Virus genome (UHGV): UHGV-0240017
Length of the DNA stretch: 64,000 nucleotides
Source of the DNA: a virus
Reading direction: 5' to 3' (one strand)
Part shown: one piece after another, positions 37,479 to 46,855 of the stretch
Numbering within the stretch: the stretch's first letter is position 1
Layout: each line of letters opens with the position of its first letter
Notes under the pieces: generated by a model
Databases searched by the model: none
Told to the model about the DNA's origin: nothing
Seen by the model: only the letters and a program-made list of their open reading frames with translations
Program-made: the position numbers and the translations under genes

Positions 37479-39437
37479 CTAGCCAATAACGGCGTATTGA
37501 TCCCTCAGATACCGCTGAATCTCGGACACCACTCGAGATAGCTCGAAAAAAACGCGGTCCGGTGAGATCGTCACAATACCACGGTAAGTGCCTTCTTTTT
37601 CGCCTTCATGAGTTTTACCGCAAGACGGACATTTCTGACCCATATATCCGAACACCGCCAAACGACTACGTTCGTTATAGTTCGCCGCAGCCGCCTCAAA
37701 CTCGTACACATAGTGACGATCGGAAGACAGCTCCTCCAGAATCTGGATAATCTTATCGGTATCCGTTTCTGTGGTGCTTACCTCACGAATTTCATCGTCC
37801 TGCATAACTTCTTCAGTTACCGTAATGGATTCCACCATATACGCATAACGTGTTAAGCGACGTGCTTCGGTAATGAGACGAAGGTGATCTTCACGCTCCC
37901 GCTCGGTGCCTTTCTCAGCCAACGCAGATGTAGACGCGGTGTTGTTCTCTTCCACCCAACGTTCTGTATTATCAAAGAACTTACCTAACGTCGAACGACC
38001 GAATTTAACGGTAATCCCGTCGCTTACGAATGTCGCAGACGGATCTTTCAGGTGTTCTTCAACAAACTTACGTTGTTCCAAACGACTGATCGTAACGTCT
38101 TCTTTACCACGCTGTTGGGCCCACAGGCTACGCTGCATATCGGTGTAAAGTGACGTACCCATACGGATACAACGGGCCAGGTTCAGACGAATATCTTCTT
38201 GATAACCACATCCCTCATGGCCACAGATTAACGTCCACGGCAAACCGCCGGGATATTTCGCTTGCATCACACCAATCAGCAACAGCCAATAATCCGCAAG
38301 ATCGATAGTATCCAACAGCACGGTCTTCATGTCGTTCCCTTCGCAATCCAACGTGCAGTCGGTAACGAAGCGTAACGCAAATTCAACCATATGGCTTAAA
38401 TAGATACCCGAAGATGCGGATAACATCAGACCGTAGGTCTGCATACCGATTTTTGCAGTTTCCAGGGTCAGCTGAATATCAAAATCGCAGATTTCGCGTT
38501 CTAACGGTGCACGGAAGCCTACAAAGATACCCGTTGCGGGTAACCATACCCAGTTAGGGATACCTGACTTACGACGACGACGAAGTGCCGCAATAGCACC
38601 AGTGTGCTGACTGTTACGTGGTGTAATAAAGCCAACCGGCTTAGACATTCCCGGCAACTGCACACGCTGTTCCCAGGCGGTATCTTCGCGAGACAACGCG
38701 CCATCGAATGCTTGCTGTTGGTTTTGTAAACGCGGTGGCATCATGTTCAGGGCACGATACAAACGCTCGTACAGGTCACGCTGTTCTTCCGATTTAAACA
38801 GGAGCCGACCGTCACTACCGCGCGGAACACTGGAAAAGAATTTCTTCAGTTCGCTACCGATGAGGTTCGGGTCTTCACGTAAACCAATCAGTGTATTGAA
38901 CTCCGTCAGAACTCGACCTGGATCGTCTTCGGGCAATTCACTGATTTCCTCGTGTGGTGCTTGCGTACCAAAATTCACATGGTGCTCAGCTGGTTGTTCT
39001 TTCACTGCCGGGGATGCTTCAGGTTCGTGATCAGCGGCAATCTGTGAACCTTCGATCGCTTGAGGAACGTAAGGTTCTTCGGCTTTCTTCTCTACCACCG
39101 GCGCAGGTTTGTCTACGGCAGGGGCAGGATCAGGTTGCTGAATAACCGGCTCAACGACAACGGGTTCTGGCTCAGCAATCGTTACTACCGGAGCAGGTTC
39201 TTCTTCGTAAACCGGTTTAGGTAGAACGGGTTCTTCAGCAGGTTTCACTTTTACGAGATTGTGATACATCTCTTCTGCTTGAGCAAATGAAAAATGGGGA
39301 TTACTGCGTTTGATTGCCATAATCCCATCGTCGGCGGACATCGTAGACAAGTCAGCCTCAGGTACGACGACATGAGGTGTGTCTTCCTGAACCCGACGAC
39401 GCCCATTGCCTGGGCGTTGGTCTAAAGTATCTGACAT
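37479..39437 (-). CDS. hypothetical protein (652 aa) with Pro/Val/Glu-rich repeat region near N terminus
   Basis: ATG start; EEPAPVVTIAEPEPVVVEPVIQQPDPAPAVDKPAPVV low-complexity segment. Confidence 0.7.
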   Translation of the reverse strand: MSDTLDQRPGNGRRRVQEDTPHVVVPEADLSTMSADDGIMAIKRSNPHFSFAQAEEMYHNLVKVKPAEEPVLPKPVYEEEPAPVVTIAEPEPVVVEPVIQQPDPAPAVDKPAPVVEKKAEEPYVPQAIEGSQIAADHEPEASPAVKEQPAEHHVNFGTQAPHEEISELPEDDPGRVLTEFNTLIGLREDPNLIGSELKKFFSSVPRGSDGRLLFKSEEQRDLYERLYRALNMMPPRLQNQQQAFDGALSREDTAWEQRVQLPGMSKPVGFITPRNSQHTGAIAALRRRRKSGIPNWVWLPATGIFVGFRAPLEREICDFDIQLTLETAKIGMQTYGLMLSASSGIYLSHMVEFALRFVTDCTLDCEGNDMKTVLLDTIDLADYWLLLIGVMQAKYPGGLPWTLICGHEGCGYQEDIRLNLARCIRMGTSLYTDMQRSLWAQQRGKEDVTISRLEQRKFVEEHLKDPSATFVSDGITVKFGRSTLGKFFDNTERWVEENNTASTSALAEKGTEREREDHLRLITEARRLTRYAYMVESITVTEEVMQDDEIREVSTTETDTDKIIQILEELSSDRHYVYEFEAAAANYNERSRLAVFGYMGQKCPSCGKTHEGEKEGTYRGIVTISPDRVFFELSRVVSEIQRYLRDQYAVIG

Positions 39438-39440
39438 TAA

Positions 39441-40013
39441 TTAACCCTCTGCTTCAACGACGGTGTCTGGTTGTTTTACAGCCTGCTCAGCCTGCTGTAG
39501 AAGTTCGTACGCTTCGGCGAACGTGCTGCCTTGTTGCATTGCACGTTTTACAAAATCCGCGCGACTATTGTACAATGACAAGATTTCAATCGCGGCACCC
39601 TGAATATCTTTGCCCAGGAAGATCGCATCGGTTTCCAGGTTAGTCACCAGCAGAGTATCCAGCTCGTATTGCTCTTTGACATTGGCCCAATTTGTGCTTT
39701 CCAACATCGTTTTGGTTTTGGTTGCCACTTCATCGATCGCAATCAATTTAGCACCCAGCTTTTCTTTCCCCTCTGCCATCAGACCCACGAAAGCCGCTTT
39801 CGCTTCGTCTAACGCGTTAATGGCAAACTCTTTGTATTCTGGTTCTTGCAGTGCGTCCAGAATCTCGCGTTCTTTGTCGATACGCTCAGCCAAAATTTTC
39901 ATTTGGTCTTCGAACAGAATGACCAGTTTATACACGTTCTTCACGCTATCACGAAGGGTTTTCTTCGCCAGAGCACGTGGATTATAAGCGGGTTTCTTTT
40001 TACGACGTGACAT
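39441..40013 (-). CDS. hypothetical protein (190 aa)
   Basis: ATG start; terminator hairpin at 40042-40062 upstream. Confidence 0.65.
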   Translation of the reverse strand: MSRRKKKPAYNPRALAKKTLRDSVKNVYKLVILFEDQMKILAERIDKEREILDALQEPEYKEFAINALDEAKAAFVGLMAEGKEKLGAKLIAIDEVATKTKTMLESTNWANVKEQYELDTLLVTNLETDAIFLGKDIQGAAIEILSLYNSRADFVKRAMQQGSTFAEAYELLQQAEQAVKQPDTVVEAEG

Positions 40014-40074
40014 TTTTATATTCCTTTAGCAAAAAAAGAAAGGGTGTACACAATATACACCCGTTCTGTTCTTT

Positions 40075-40458
40075 TTAACCGTTATCATGAGGAACGGTTA
40101 CCCAACTGTGCCATTTCTCGGAGTATAACCGATAGGCCACTTTCGGGTTTTGGTCTACGTTACCTGCGGGGTTTTCAGACCACAGAACCCAACTGTACAA
40201 TTCATAAGACGAAGTATTACGAATACTGGAGTTACGTGTGATATAATAACATTTACCACGTTGGAAAATCTGCATTCCTGCATAGTGTTCATTCACCATG
40301 TAATAGTGAAATGCAACGCCCATCACAGGATCGGTACAGAGTTTATTTACGACGTCTAAAACGTCGGGATACGCCTTTAAAACTTTTTCGAGAAAACTTG
40401 CTAAGTTCAGACCGGCATACGGCGCGGTTGGCTCTGTTGGCTGCGGCGGTAGTAACAT
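40075..40458 (-). CDS. hypothetical protein (127 aa)
   Basis: ATG at 40458 with AAGGAA SD, although it overlaps the helicase 3' end by 116 nt. Confidence 0.5.
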   Translation of the reverse strand: MLLPPQPTEPTAPYAGLNLASFLEKVLKAYPDVLDVVNKLCTDPVMGVAFHYYMVNEHYAGMQIFQRGKCYYITRNSSIRNTSSYELYSWVLWSENPAGNVDQNPKVAYRLYSEKWHSWVTVPHDNG

Positions 40459-42052
40459 CAGCTTTCCTTACAATATACGGTGAGGTGGCTATCTTAAACG
40501 ACAACACAGAATCACTCAGTGATTTTTGACGCGCATTCAAATAATTACAATGCTTCGGTATCGAATAAGAATGGAATAACCACACAACGGGATCGAGTTC
40601 ACCCCAGTCGTTGTGGAGAATCTTACGAGGGCGTCCGGCCATCTGGCGGTTTAACTGCTGGTCTTCCACAGGGGTAGTGATGTACATGTGTACCAACCCC
40701 GGTTTGTCGACCGCAGTACCTGCTTTCCCTGGTGTTGAAATAGAGAAATCCGCTTGAATAAAGTCGTCATACGAATCCCCTGCGTTATATTTCGCAACCA
40801 TCAAAGCGTGGAACTTATCAGATTGTGCGAGCTTCTCTCGCACGTAATCCGTAAAGAACTCACACATTGCGACGGTTGCAAACAACACCAACACTTTCTG
40901 ACCAGGTTGATAACCTGCCAGATACGTCCGTTCTATTACATCCCAGACCATATCCGCGTACGACTGATGAAGGTTTTCGCTAATCAGCTTCCCTTCAAAC
41001 AGTTTGTGGTTATACGGGGTCATCTTCGTTGCCCACCACGCAAACCGTTTATTCTCAATTCGGTAATACAACGCTTTCACGTGCACCGCAGGAATAATCG
41101 GAATGGTGATACGTGCCTCTTGTGGGAAACGTTCTTTATACCGTTCTGCCAAGAACGCTTTCGATTCACCCGGTTGGAGTGTGGCTGACATCTCAACAGA
41201 GGGCGGCGGATTCAACATAATTCCAGCCATGTACACCAAGTGGAAATGTTCGTGCACTTCATCCATCGATAAAAACCCAACACCTAGCGTGTTATAGAAA
41301 TCATCGATGTTCACTGGGTTAGTCGCAGCGGTATTGATATATTCTTTCAAAAACCGCTGTAACGTCACTGTAGAGACAATAATAACTTTGATGCCACGTT
41401 TATCCAACTCACCACTTTCACCCATTTCTAGCGCTTCGTAGACCGCTTGTACGCCCTGTATAACCAAGACGTCCTCTTTCGATTCACGAAGTCCAGTAGG
41501 ATCTTCCGTTAAGTCGAATAACCATTTAGAGATGTACGTGGGTCGATGAATCAATAACGTTCTTACCCCTTTACGAACCATCACTTTCATGTTCGTCTTC
41601 GACTTACCCATCCCTGTACCAATCTCAAAGATGGTTTGTAAGCGGTTAGGCTGGCACGCTGTTTCTACAACGCCATTCTGATAAAAGAAGCGTGACGACT
41701 CATCTTCTTCTATCATGTTAAAGCCGTAGTTTTCAAACGTACAGCGGTAAGGTGTTCCCTGGGTTAAGTGATGCTCGTAGAGTTTAAAGTCAATTGCAAA
41801 CTCAGCGGCAGTTCGGTTAATAATGATTCGTAAACGTTCGGAAAAATTCCGGTGGAATATAAAGGTACGGATAGAAGGTATATGCGCGTAATACGGATCG
41901 CCACGTTCGGTGATGATTCTTCCGTATTGTTTACCCATTTTCGGGGCGTGCATATTCTCTTCTGCCCACTTTAGGATCGCCGACTCTATAGGTCGACAAG
42001 GGACTTCGACCCTCACGCCCATACTCGTAAAGGTCATGTGGAATTCGTACAT
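40343..42052 (-). CDS. superfamily 2 DExH-box helicase
   Basis: Motif I GTGMGKS, motif II DEVH, motif III SAT, motif VI QMAGRPR in canonical order; ATG with GAGGGG SD. Confidence 0.75.
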   Translation of the reverse strand: MYEFHMTFTSMGVRVEVPCRPIESAILKWAEENMHAPKMGKQYGRIITERGDPYYAHIPSIRTFIFHRNFSERLRIIINRTAAEFAIDFKLYEHHLTQGTPYRCTFENYGFNMIEEDESSRFFYQNGVVETACQPNRLQTIFEIGTGMGKSKTNMKVMVRKGVRTLLIHRPTYISKWLFDLTEDPTGLRESKEDVLVIQGVQAVYEALEMGESGELDKRGIKVIIVSTVTLQRFLKEYINTAATNPVNIDDFYNTLGVGFLSMDEVHEHFHLVYMAGIMLNPPPSVEMSATLQPGESKAFLAERYKERFPQEARITIPIIPAVHVKALYYRIENKRFAWWATKMTPYNHKLFEGKLISENLHQSYADMVWDVIERTYLAGYQPGQKVLVLFATVAMCEFFTDYVREKLAQSDKFHALMVAKYNAGDSYDDFIQADFSISTPGKAGTAVDKPGLVHMYITTPVEDQQLNRQMAGRPRKILHNDWGELDPVVWLFHSYSIPKHCNYLNARQKSLSDSVLSFKIATSPYIVRKADVTTAAANRANRAVCRSELSKFSRKSFKGVSRRFRRRK

Positions 42053-42094
42053 GCTCCCCTCTTACAAAAAAAGAGGGGCGCAGGCCCCTCTCGT

Positions 42095-44194
42095 TTACTC
42101 AATGATAGTCGCGGCCACCGTATTGTCGTATAACGACGCCGGACGTTTACGCGACGTGTAGAAACGCACGTTGTCCAGGTTTTTCTGTTGGCCTTCGAAT
42201 AACAACATCGGTACCGCTGAACGCATCGCAATCAACGTATTGTGATCCTCGAAACGTTTGCCATCCATCGCATCAGCATCTTCACTATCAAACCCAACCG
42301 CCGGGAAAGGATTGGTCGGTGATTCAACGCGTGATATCGCCAGCATAATCGCGATGTGTGTCATCGGAATACCACCGAGCTTACGTTGGATATATTTAAA
42401 CACATCAAATAACGCGTGCGTACATTGTTTCTCCGTAGCACCACGCATCTGAACCAGAGTCGTTGGTTTTACCTTACCTGACTTCTTGCTCAAACGCATT
42501 GAGTCATCAGAGAACTGTTCGAAAGTATCCGATTTATCAGACGCAACCGAACGAAGTTTCAATTCTAACCCTGCTACAAACTCCGCCATAGATTCAGACC
42601 GATTCGTATAAATTAGTATCGGCCAACTCGGTTTCCATCCTTTCAGGGGAATCCGTACCAGCTTCTTCGACGGGAAGGTAATGTTATCGCGCTGTTTCAG
42701 GAAGAAATGCAAGAAGGCTTTCGAGAAGTTACCACAAACCCCCATACGGACGTCAATGGGATCTTCAGCCAACACATTCCCAGCTTCATCCAACCGCAAA
42801 AAGGTCAGTTCGTTAATCTCCGGCAATGCCGTTTCGTCAATCACTTCCAAATCGTCGTGATACGCGATTTGGCTGATTTCAGAATAGACTTCATCAGAAA
42901 TAACGAGTTGGTATTCATCCCAATTACCGTACTGTGGTTTCTCCCGTAAACTCAACCCTTTTACGGAGTTGTGTTTATACTCCCCAAGATAATCCCGCAT
43001 TCTTGGGGTCAGCACCAGATTCAGCAGATAGCGTAAGAAGTCCAGGTGTTTCGTTGAGAGAATCCCCTGCGTACCCTTTTCAGATATCGAGGTTGAAGCC
43101 AAGTGACCTGGGGACGTTCCCGGCGAAAGGTTATAAATCAAATCACCCATGCACGTTGCACAAATGCTTTGACGTGCCATCCCCTTACAACACATCGCAC
43201 TACGAAACTCAATAGGTTTGCCTAAGACTTTCTCAAACTCCCCTTTCTCGAAACGTAGCCACGGACCCCCCACACCTTCAAAACGATAACGCATTCCCAC
43301 CATCGCATCGTACTTCTTACGCTCCAGTTTACTTTCTGTAAACGTGTGACGGTGAACATGATGCGTACCACAATCGTCGTATTCGAAATACATTAACACG
43401 TTAGCTGCTAACTGTAGCTTACGTGACGCATATTCCGCATCGGCGATTTTATCGGTGTTATACAGGTGAGAACGTGACGTTGCACCTGCTTCTTTCAGAC
43501 GGCTAATTACAGAATGTAGGCCCGTGAAGAAACCTTCCCATACCTGGTTAGAATAAACACGAGAATCAATCTCTGATGTTTTCCCGCGTATATACGCCTG
43601 AAGAACCTGGTTCATTTTGATGGTCTTATCCAAGACCGACATCACCACAGGGTTTAAACGAAGTTGTGGGTCTTTGAAGATATCTTCGATAAGAAGATAC
43701 GCTTCCTCAACCATATCCCGACCTTCTTCGTCGTATCCAGTAGGATACATTTGTGCCCACTGATGAATCTGCGTAAAATTTCGGTGTTGGTAAATTTCCA
43801 TCATCGTATCGTAGTCAATCGTGACGCAATACGACAACAGATTTTTCACCGATAAGTTAAACGCATCCGCATAGACGTGCTGCTGCAATAAATAGCGGGT
43901 ATCTGCTAAATCCACACCCGCTTTACGTGCTGCCACAGCTGCCAATGACATAAACTTCAGATGTGCGTCATCTGTAGCAGTGTCGCCATGTTTATACGCC
44001 ATTTGCGAACTGATTGGGATCTGCGGATAAAATCGTGTTAGCCCCCAATAAGGCCAACTGATTTTAATGTGGCGTCCTGACATGTTTAAGGTTATTCCGT
44101 CATCGAACGTCACTTCATATCTGCCGCGCAATAGCCACACCTGATCCGAGTTCAGTTTACACAGATCACGCACGTGAACTGGAGTGCCCTTCAT
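42095..44194 (-). CDS. putative RNA polymerase subunit (beta-prime-like fragment, speculative), coupled to the beta-like gene
   Basis: Start overlaps stop of the beta gene (rpoB-rpoC-like order); internal CCKGMARQSICATCMG resembles the beta-prime zinc finger, otherwise divergent. Confidence 0.4.
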   Translation of the reverse strand: MKGTPVHVRDLCKLNSDQVWLLRGRYEVTFDDGITLNMSGRHIKISWPYWGLTRFYPQIPISSQMAYKHGDTATDDAHLKFMSLAAVAARKAGVDLADTRYLLQQHVYADAFNLSVKNLLSYCVTIDYDTMMEIYQHRNFTQIHQWAQMYPTGYDEEGRDMVEEAYLLIEDIFKDPQLRLNPVVMSVLDKTIKMNQVLQAYIRGKTSEIDSRVYSNQVWEGFFTGLHSVISRLKEAGATSRSHLYNTDKIADAEYASRKLQLAANVLMYFEYDDCGTHHVHRHTFTESKLERKKYDAMVGMRYRFEGVGGPWLRFEKGEFEKVLGKPIEFRSAMCCKGMARQSICATCMGDLIYNLSPGTSPGHLASTSISEKGTQGILSTKHLDFLRYLLNLVLTPRMRDYLGEYKHNSVKGLSLREKPQYGNWDEYQLVISDEVYSEISQIAYHDDLEVIDETALPEINELTFLRLDEAGNVLAEDPIDVRMGVCGNFSKAFLHFFLKQRDNITFPSKKLVRIPLKGWKPSWPILIYTNRSESMAEFVAGLELKLRSVASDKSDTFEQFSDDSMRLSKKSGKVKPTTLVQMRGATEKQCTHALFDVFKYIQRKLGGIPMTHIAIMLAISRVESPTNPFPAVGFDSEDADAMDGKRFEDHNTLIAMRSAVPMLLFEGQQKNLDNVRFYTSRKRPASLYDNTVAATIIE

Positions 44195-46431
44195 TATTCA
44201 TCGCCCCTTTTCATTTTCACCAATTCAAACCCTTCACAGCTGTGGATGTTTTTCATCATCCTGTCAATCTGCGAATCCCCTAACGGGAATTTATTCCGGT
44301 CTACCAGTGGACCTGGATTAGACGGGGTTTGAGATCGATAAAGCCCTACTAAAATCTCACGATGCACCGCAGGGTTATTTGCCCTGTCGTGAACTTCTTC
44401 GTAGTTACCTGGACCATAACCCGCTAACAGTCGTTCTTCCGAAGGACCAGCCCATTTTAGCGTTTTATAGTTTATCGGATACGAACCACGTCCTTGGTTA
44501 GACGCGTCTATCGTACCCAGATAATTCAGATACATTGACGAGATACTGGAAAACTCACGACCTGTTTTATCCAGACGTAATGTCTCCACACCACCTACGT
44601 AAAACTCATTTTTTGTCCATTCCTGTTTACCATCGAAATTAGTAATCAGGAGTTTGGATTTACGCGGTTTAAATTCACCCAACCGTTCACTAATATCGAC
44701 TGGTGTGTCGTCAAGTTCATGTGGTAAGTAAATACGGATTGTAAAATCGTAAATCTCTTTGAAAAGTTCGCGTTGTAAATCCTCCGTAGGATGTGTTACC
44801 TGTAGTGTGTTGGCCCATTCAGGATTAAAGCGTGACAGATAATCCATCAGAATTTCCCAACACTCACTGATACGACCTTCGTCCAGCATCGGTTTAAGAC
44901 GCATCTTCAACTGCTCAGACGCAGCTGACCAATACATGTGGAATAATGCTGCATAAGTCGAGCGACGAATTACAGCGTTCATCGAACGTAAAACGTGAAC
45001 ACGTTCACCGAATTCGTTAATCGGCATCTGTTCAACGGGTAATACACGACCAACAATCCCTTTCGTGCCCGAGCGGTCGGTAATCTTAGACGACACCGTT
45101 ACCGGGATCGGATAACGAACAGCAATACGAATGGTATACGTGTTGATGGGATCGCTGAGTCCGCGTTGTACTGGCGAGGTCAACTTAGAAAGAATCTGCT
45201 GACTGACATTTTCTTTACCGTATTCACCACGACGAATTGCTTCATCAATCACCACGCGTATCTCTTCACGAAACTCGTGATAGACCTCGTACGTTTCAGA
45301 AGCGAACGCTTTTTCCAACAACACACACGCTTTCGGCGACCAGATAATATTTTTGTCACGGGACATCGAGAAATAGAATCGTACGATGGCATTGTAATAG
45401 TCTTTCAATGCTAACGCGTATTTATCCAGCTCTCGTTTGTTCTCTTCGGTACAAGAAATATTGTTAGCACCATTCGCACAAGACGTTTCATCACGCCACA
45501 CCTGGATATCGACGATACGTGTACCGCTACGTTCCATCAGTTCTTTGTCACCTGCAAGACGTGCTTTATAGTGAACGGGATCGGCATCCACATATTCGCA
45601 GCTATCGAAGAACGGAGAGACGTGTTGGGTTTCCCCAAGCGACGCATCAATTGCACCGTAAAGCTCATCGAAACGACGCGATGCAATGACCAACCCATCG
45701 TCACGAATAGCCTCTCCTACATCCGGGAAATACCGTGGGACGCGATTACCGTTCGGATCGATATAACCGTAAGTATCCAGTAAAAACTCGTCTTCACGTA
45801 GCGTCTTTTCAACGATTTTCAAACCATAACCGTGGAGTTTTTGGGCGGCGTACTCAGAGATGGTGTAGGAATCCTCGATGATATCAGGATGCGAAATCGT
45901 AACGGTTGGTAGCACGACGCTATCGGCGTACTCGCCTTCCACCATACACGACATCGTTGTAAGGATTTCATCCTTTTCCAACTGATCGGTTTCGCCACGT
46001 AAAATACTACGCAGTTTCATCGACTCACGTTTCTCAGATGAGAAGATGTTGTCGTGGTTAGTATAGAAATTAATCTCCAGCACATCTATCATGGTTTTAC
46101 CGCCCTTCATTTCTGCACGGCGGAAGAAGATAGCATGTTCCAACGCTTTAGAATCCCCACGACGTCCATAACGTGTAAACGTCGCGCGGCGCTGACGACC
46201 GTCTTTGGTCATATAGTGGCAGATGCTACCGGGATCTTCTACAACGTCATTGAACAGAAAATCGTGGTAGTTTATATCAGCCCCTGTAAAATGTGGCGAT
46301 GGTTCAGGATTGTCGATAGGGACCGCAGACTTCATATGGTTGCCTACCATCGATGCCCTTGCACCTGATACTTCGGTGATATTAATCTCACGGTCAGCCA
46401 CACTGCTCATTAGCTCTACTGGCGTTTTCAT
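44194..46431 (-). CDS. RNA polymerase beta subunit homologue, C-terminal half
   Basis: DRSGTKGIVGRVLPVEQMP...VHVL..NAVIRR matches GDKMAGRHGNKGV...PVEDMP...VDIVLNP.GVPSR; GTRIVDIQVWRDE matches GTVIDVQVFTRD; LNYLGTIDASNQGRGSY matches LNHLVDDKMHARSTGSY. Confidence 0.7.
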   Translation of the reverse strand: MKTPVELMSSVADREINITEVSGARASMVGNHMKSAVPIDNPEPSPHFTGADINYHDFLFNDVVEDPGSICHYMTKDGRQRRATFTRYGRRGDSKALEHAIFFRRAEMKGGKTMIDVLEINFYTNHDNIFSSEKRESMKLRSILRGETDQLEKDEILTTMSCMVEGEYADSVVLPTVTISHPDIIEDSYTISEYAAQKLHGYGLKIVEKTLREDEFLLDTYGYIDPNGNRVPRYFPDVGEAIRDDGLVIASRRFDELYGAIDASLGETQHVSPFFDSCEYVDADPVHYKARLAGDKELMERSGTRIVDIQVWRDETSCANGANNISCTEENKRELDKYALALKDYYNAIVRFYFSMSRDKNIIWSPKACVLLEKAFASETYEVYHEFREEIRVVIDEAIRRGEYGKENVSQQILSKLTSPVQRGLSDPINTYTIRIAVRYPIPVTVSSKITDRSGTKGIVGRVLPVEQMPINEFGERVHVLRSMNAVIRRSTYAALFHMYWSAASEQLKMRLKPMLDEGRISECWEILMDYLSRFNPEWANTLQVTHPTEDLQRELFKEIYDFTIRIYLPHELDDTPVDISERLGEFKPRKSKLLITNFDGKQEWTKNEFYVGGVETLRLDKTGREFSSISSMYLNYLGTIDASNQGRGSYPINYKTLKWAGPSEERLLAGYGPGNYEEVHDRANNPAVHREILVGLYRSQTPSNPGPLVDRNKFPLGDSQIDRMMKNIHSCEGFELVKMKRGDE

Positions 46432-46446
46432 TTTAATGCTCCTTTA

Positions 46447-46467
46447 GGTTGATTCAGTAGGATAATA
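46447..46467. promoter_or_regulatory. ATAATATCTA-type promoter-like motif in a divergent intergenic region
   Basis: GTAGGATAATATCTATCTCAC between minus gene start 46431 and plus gene start 46495; related to the 60064 and 60143 repeats. Confidence 0.4.
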
Positions 46468-46494
46468 TCTATCTCACTTATTTTAGGAACGATT

Positions 46495-46818
46495 ATGTTA
46501 GACAATTTTATTACCCTAGAAGAATTCATACCTGCGCCTTACACCACGACATGGAAAGTGATGCACGATTACACAGACTATCTGCGTAAACACCCGAAAA
46601 CTAAAATAGAAAATGTTGACCCACGCTACAGTTGGCCTGAGGTCCACAATTTCTACGCCTACTGTAAACTCAAAGGTTACGCCGATATCATTATCTATCC
46701 GATGATGCTATTAAACGGGCTAGAAGACCCCATGAATTTCACCCCTGAAATCACGCAACTAATCGTACCCGACGTCGGAACGGTTAGTGAGATTATTAGC
46801 ACCATCGGTAATGATTAA
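46495..46818 (+). CDS. hypothetical protein (107 aa)
   Basis: ATG; terminator hairpin 46823-46841 immediately downstream. Confidence 0.6.
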   Translation: MLDNFITLEEFIPAPYTTTWKVMHDYTDYLRKHPKTKIENVDPRYSWPEVHNFYAYCKLKGYADIIIYPMMLLNGLEDPMNFTPEITQLIVPDVGTVSEIISTIGND

Positions 46819-46855
46819 AAAAAGAAGGGACCGAGTCCCTTCTTTTATACTTCAC

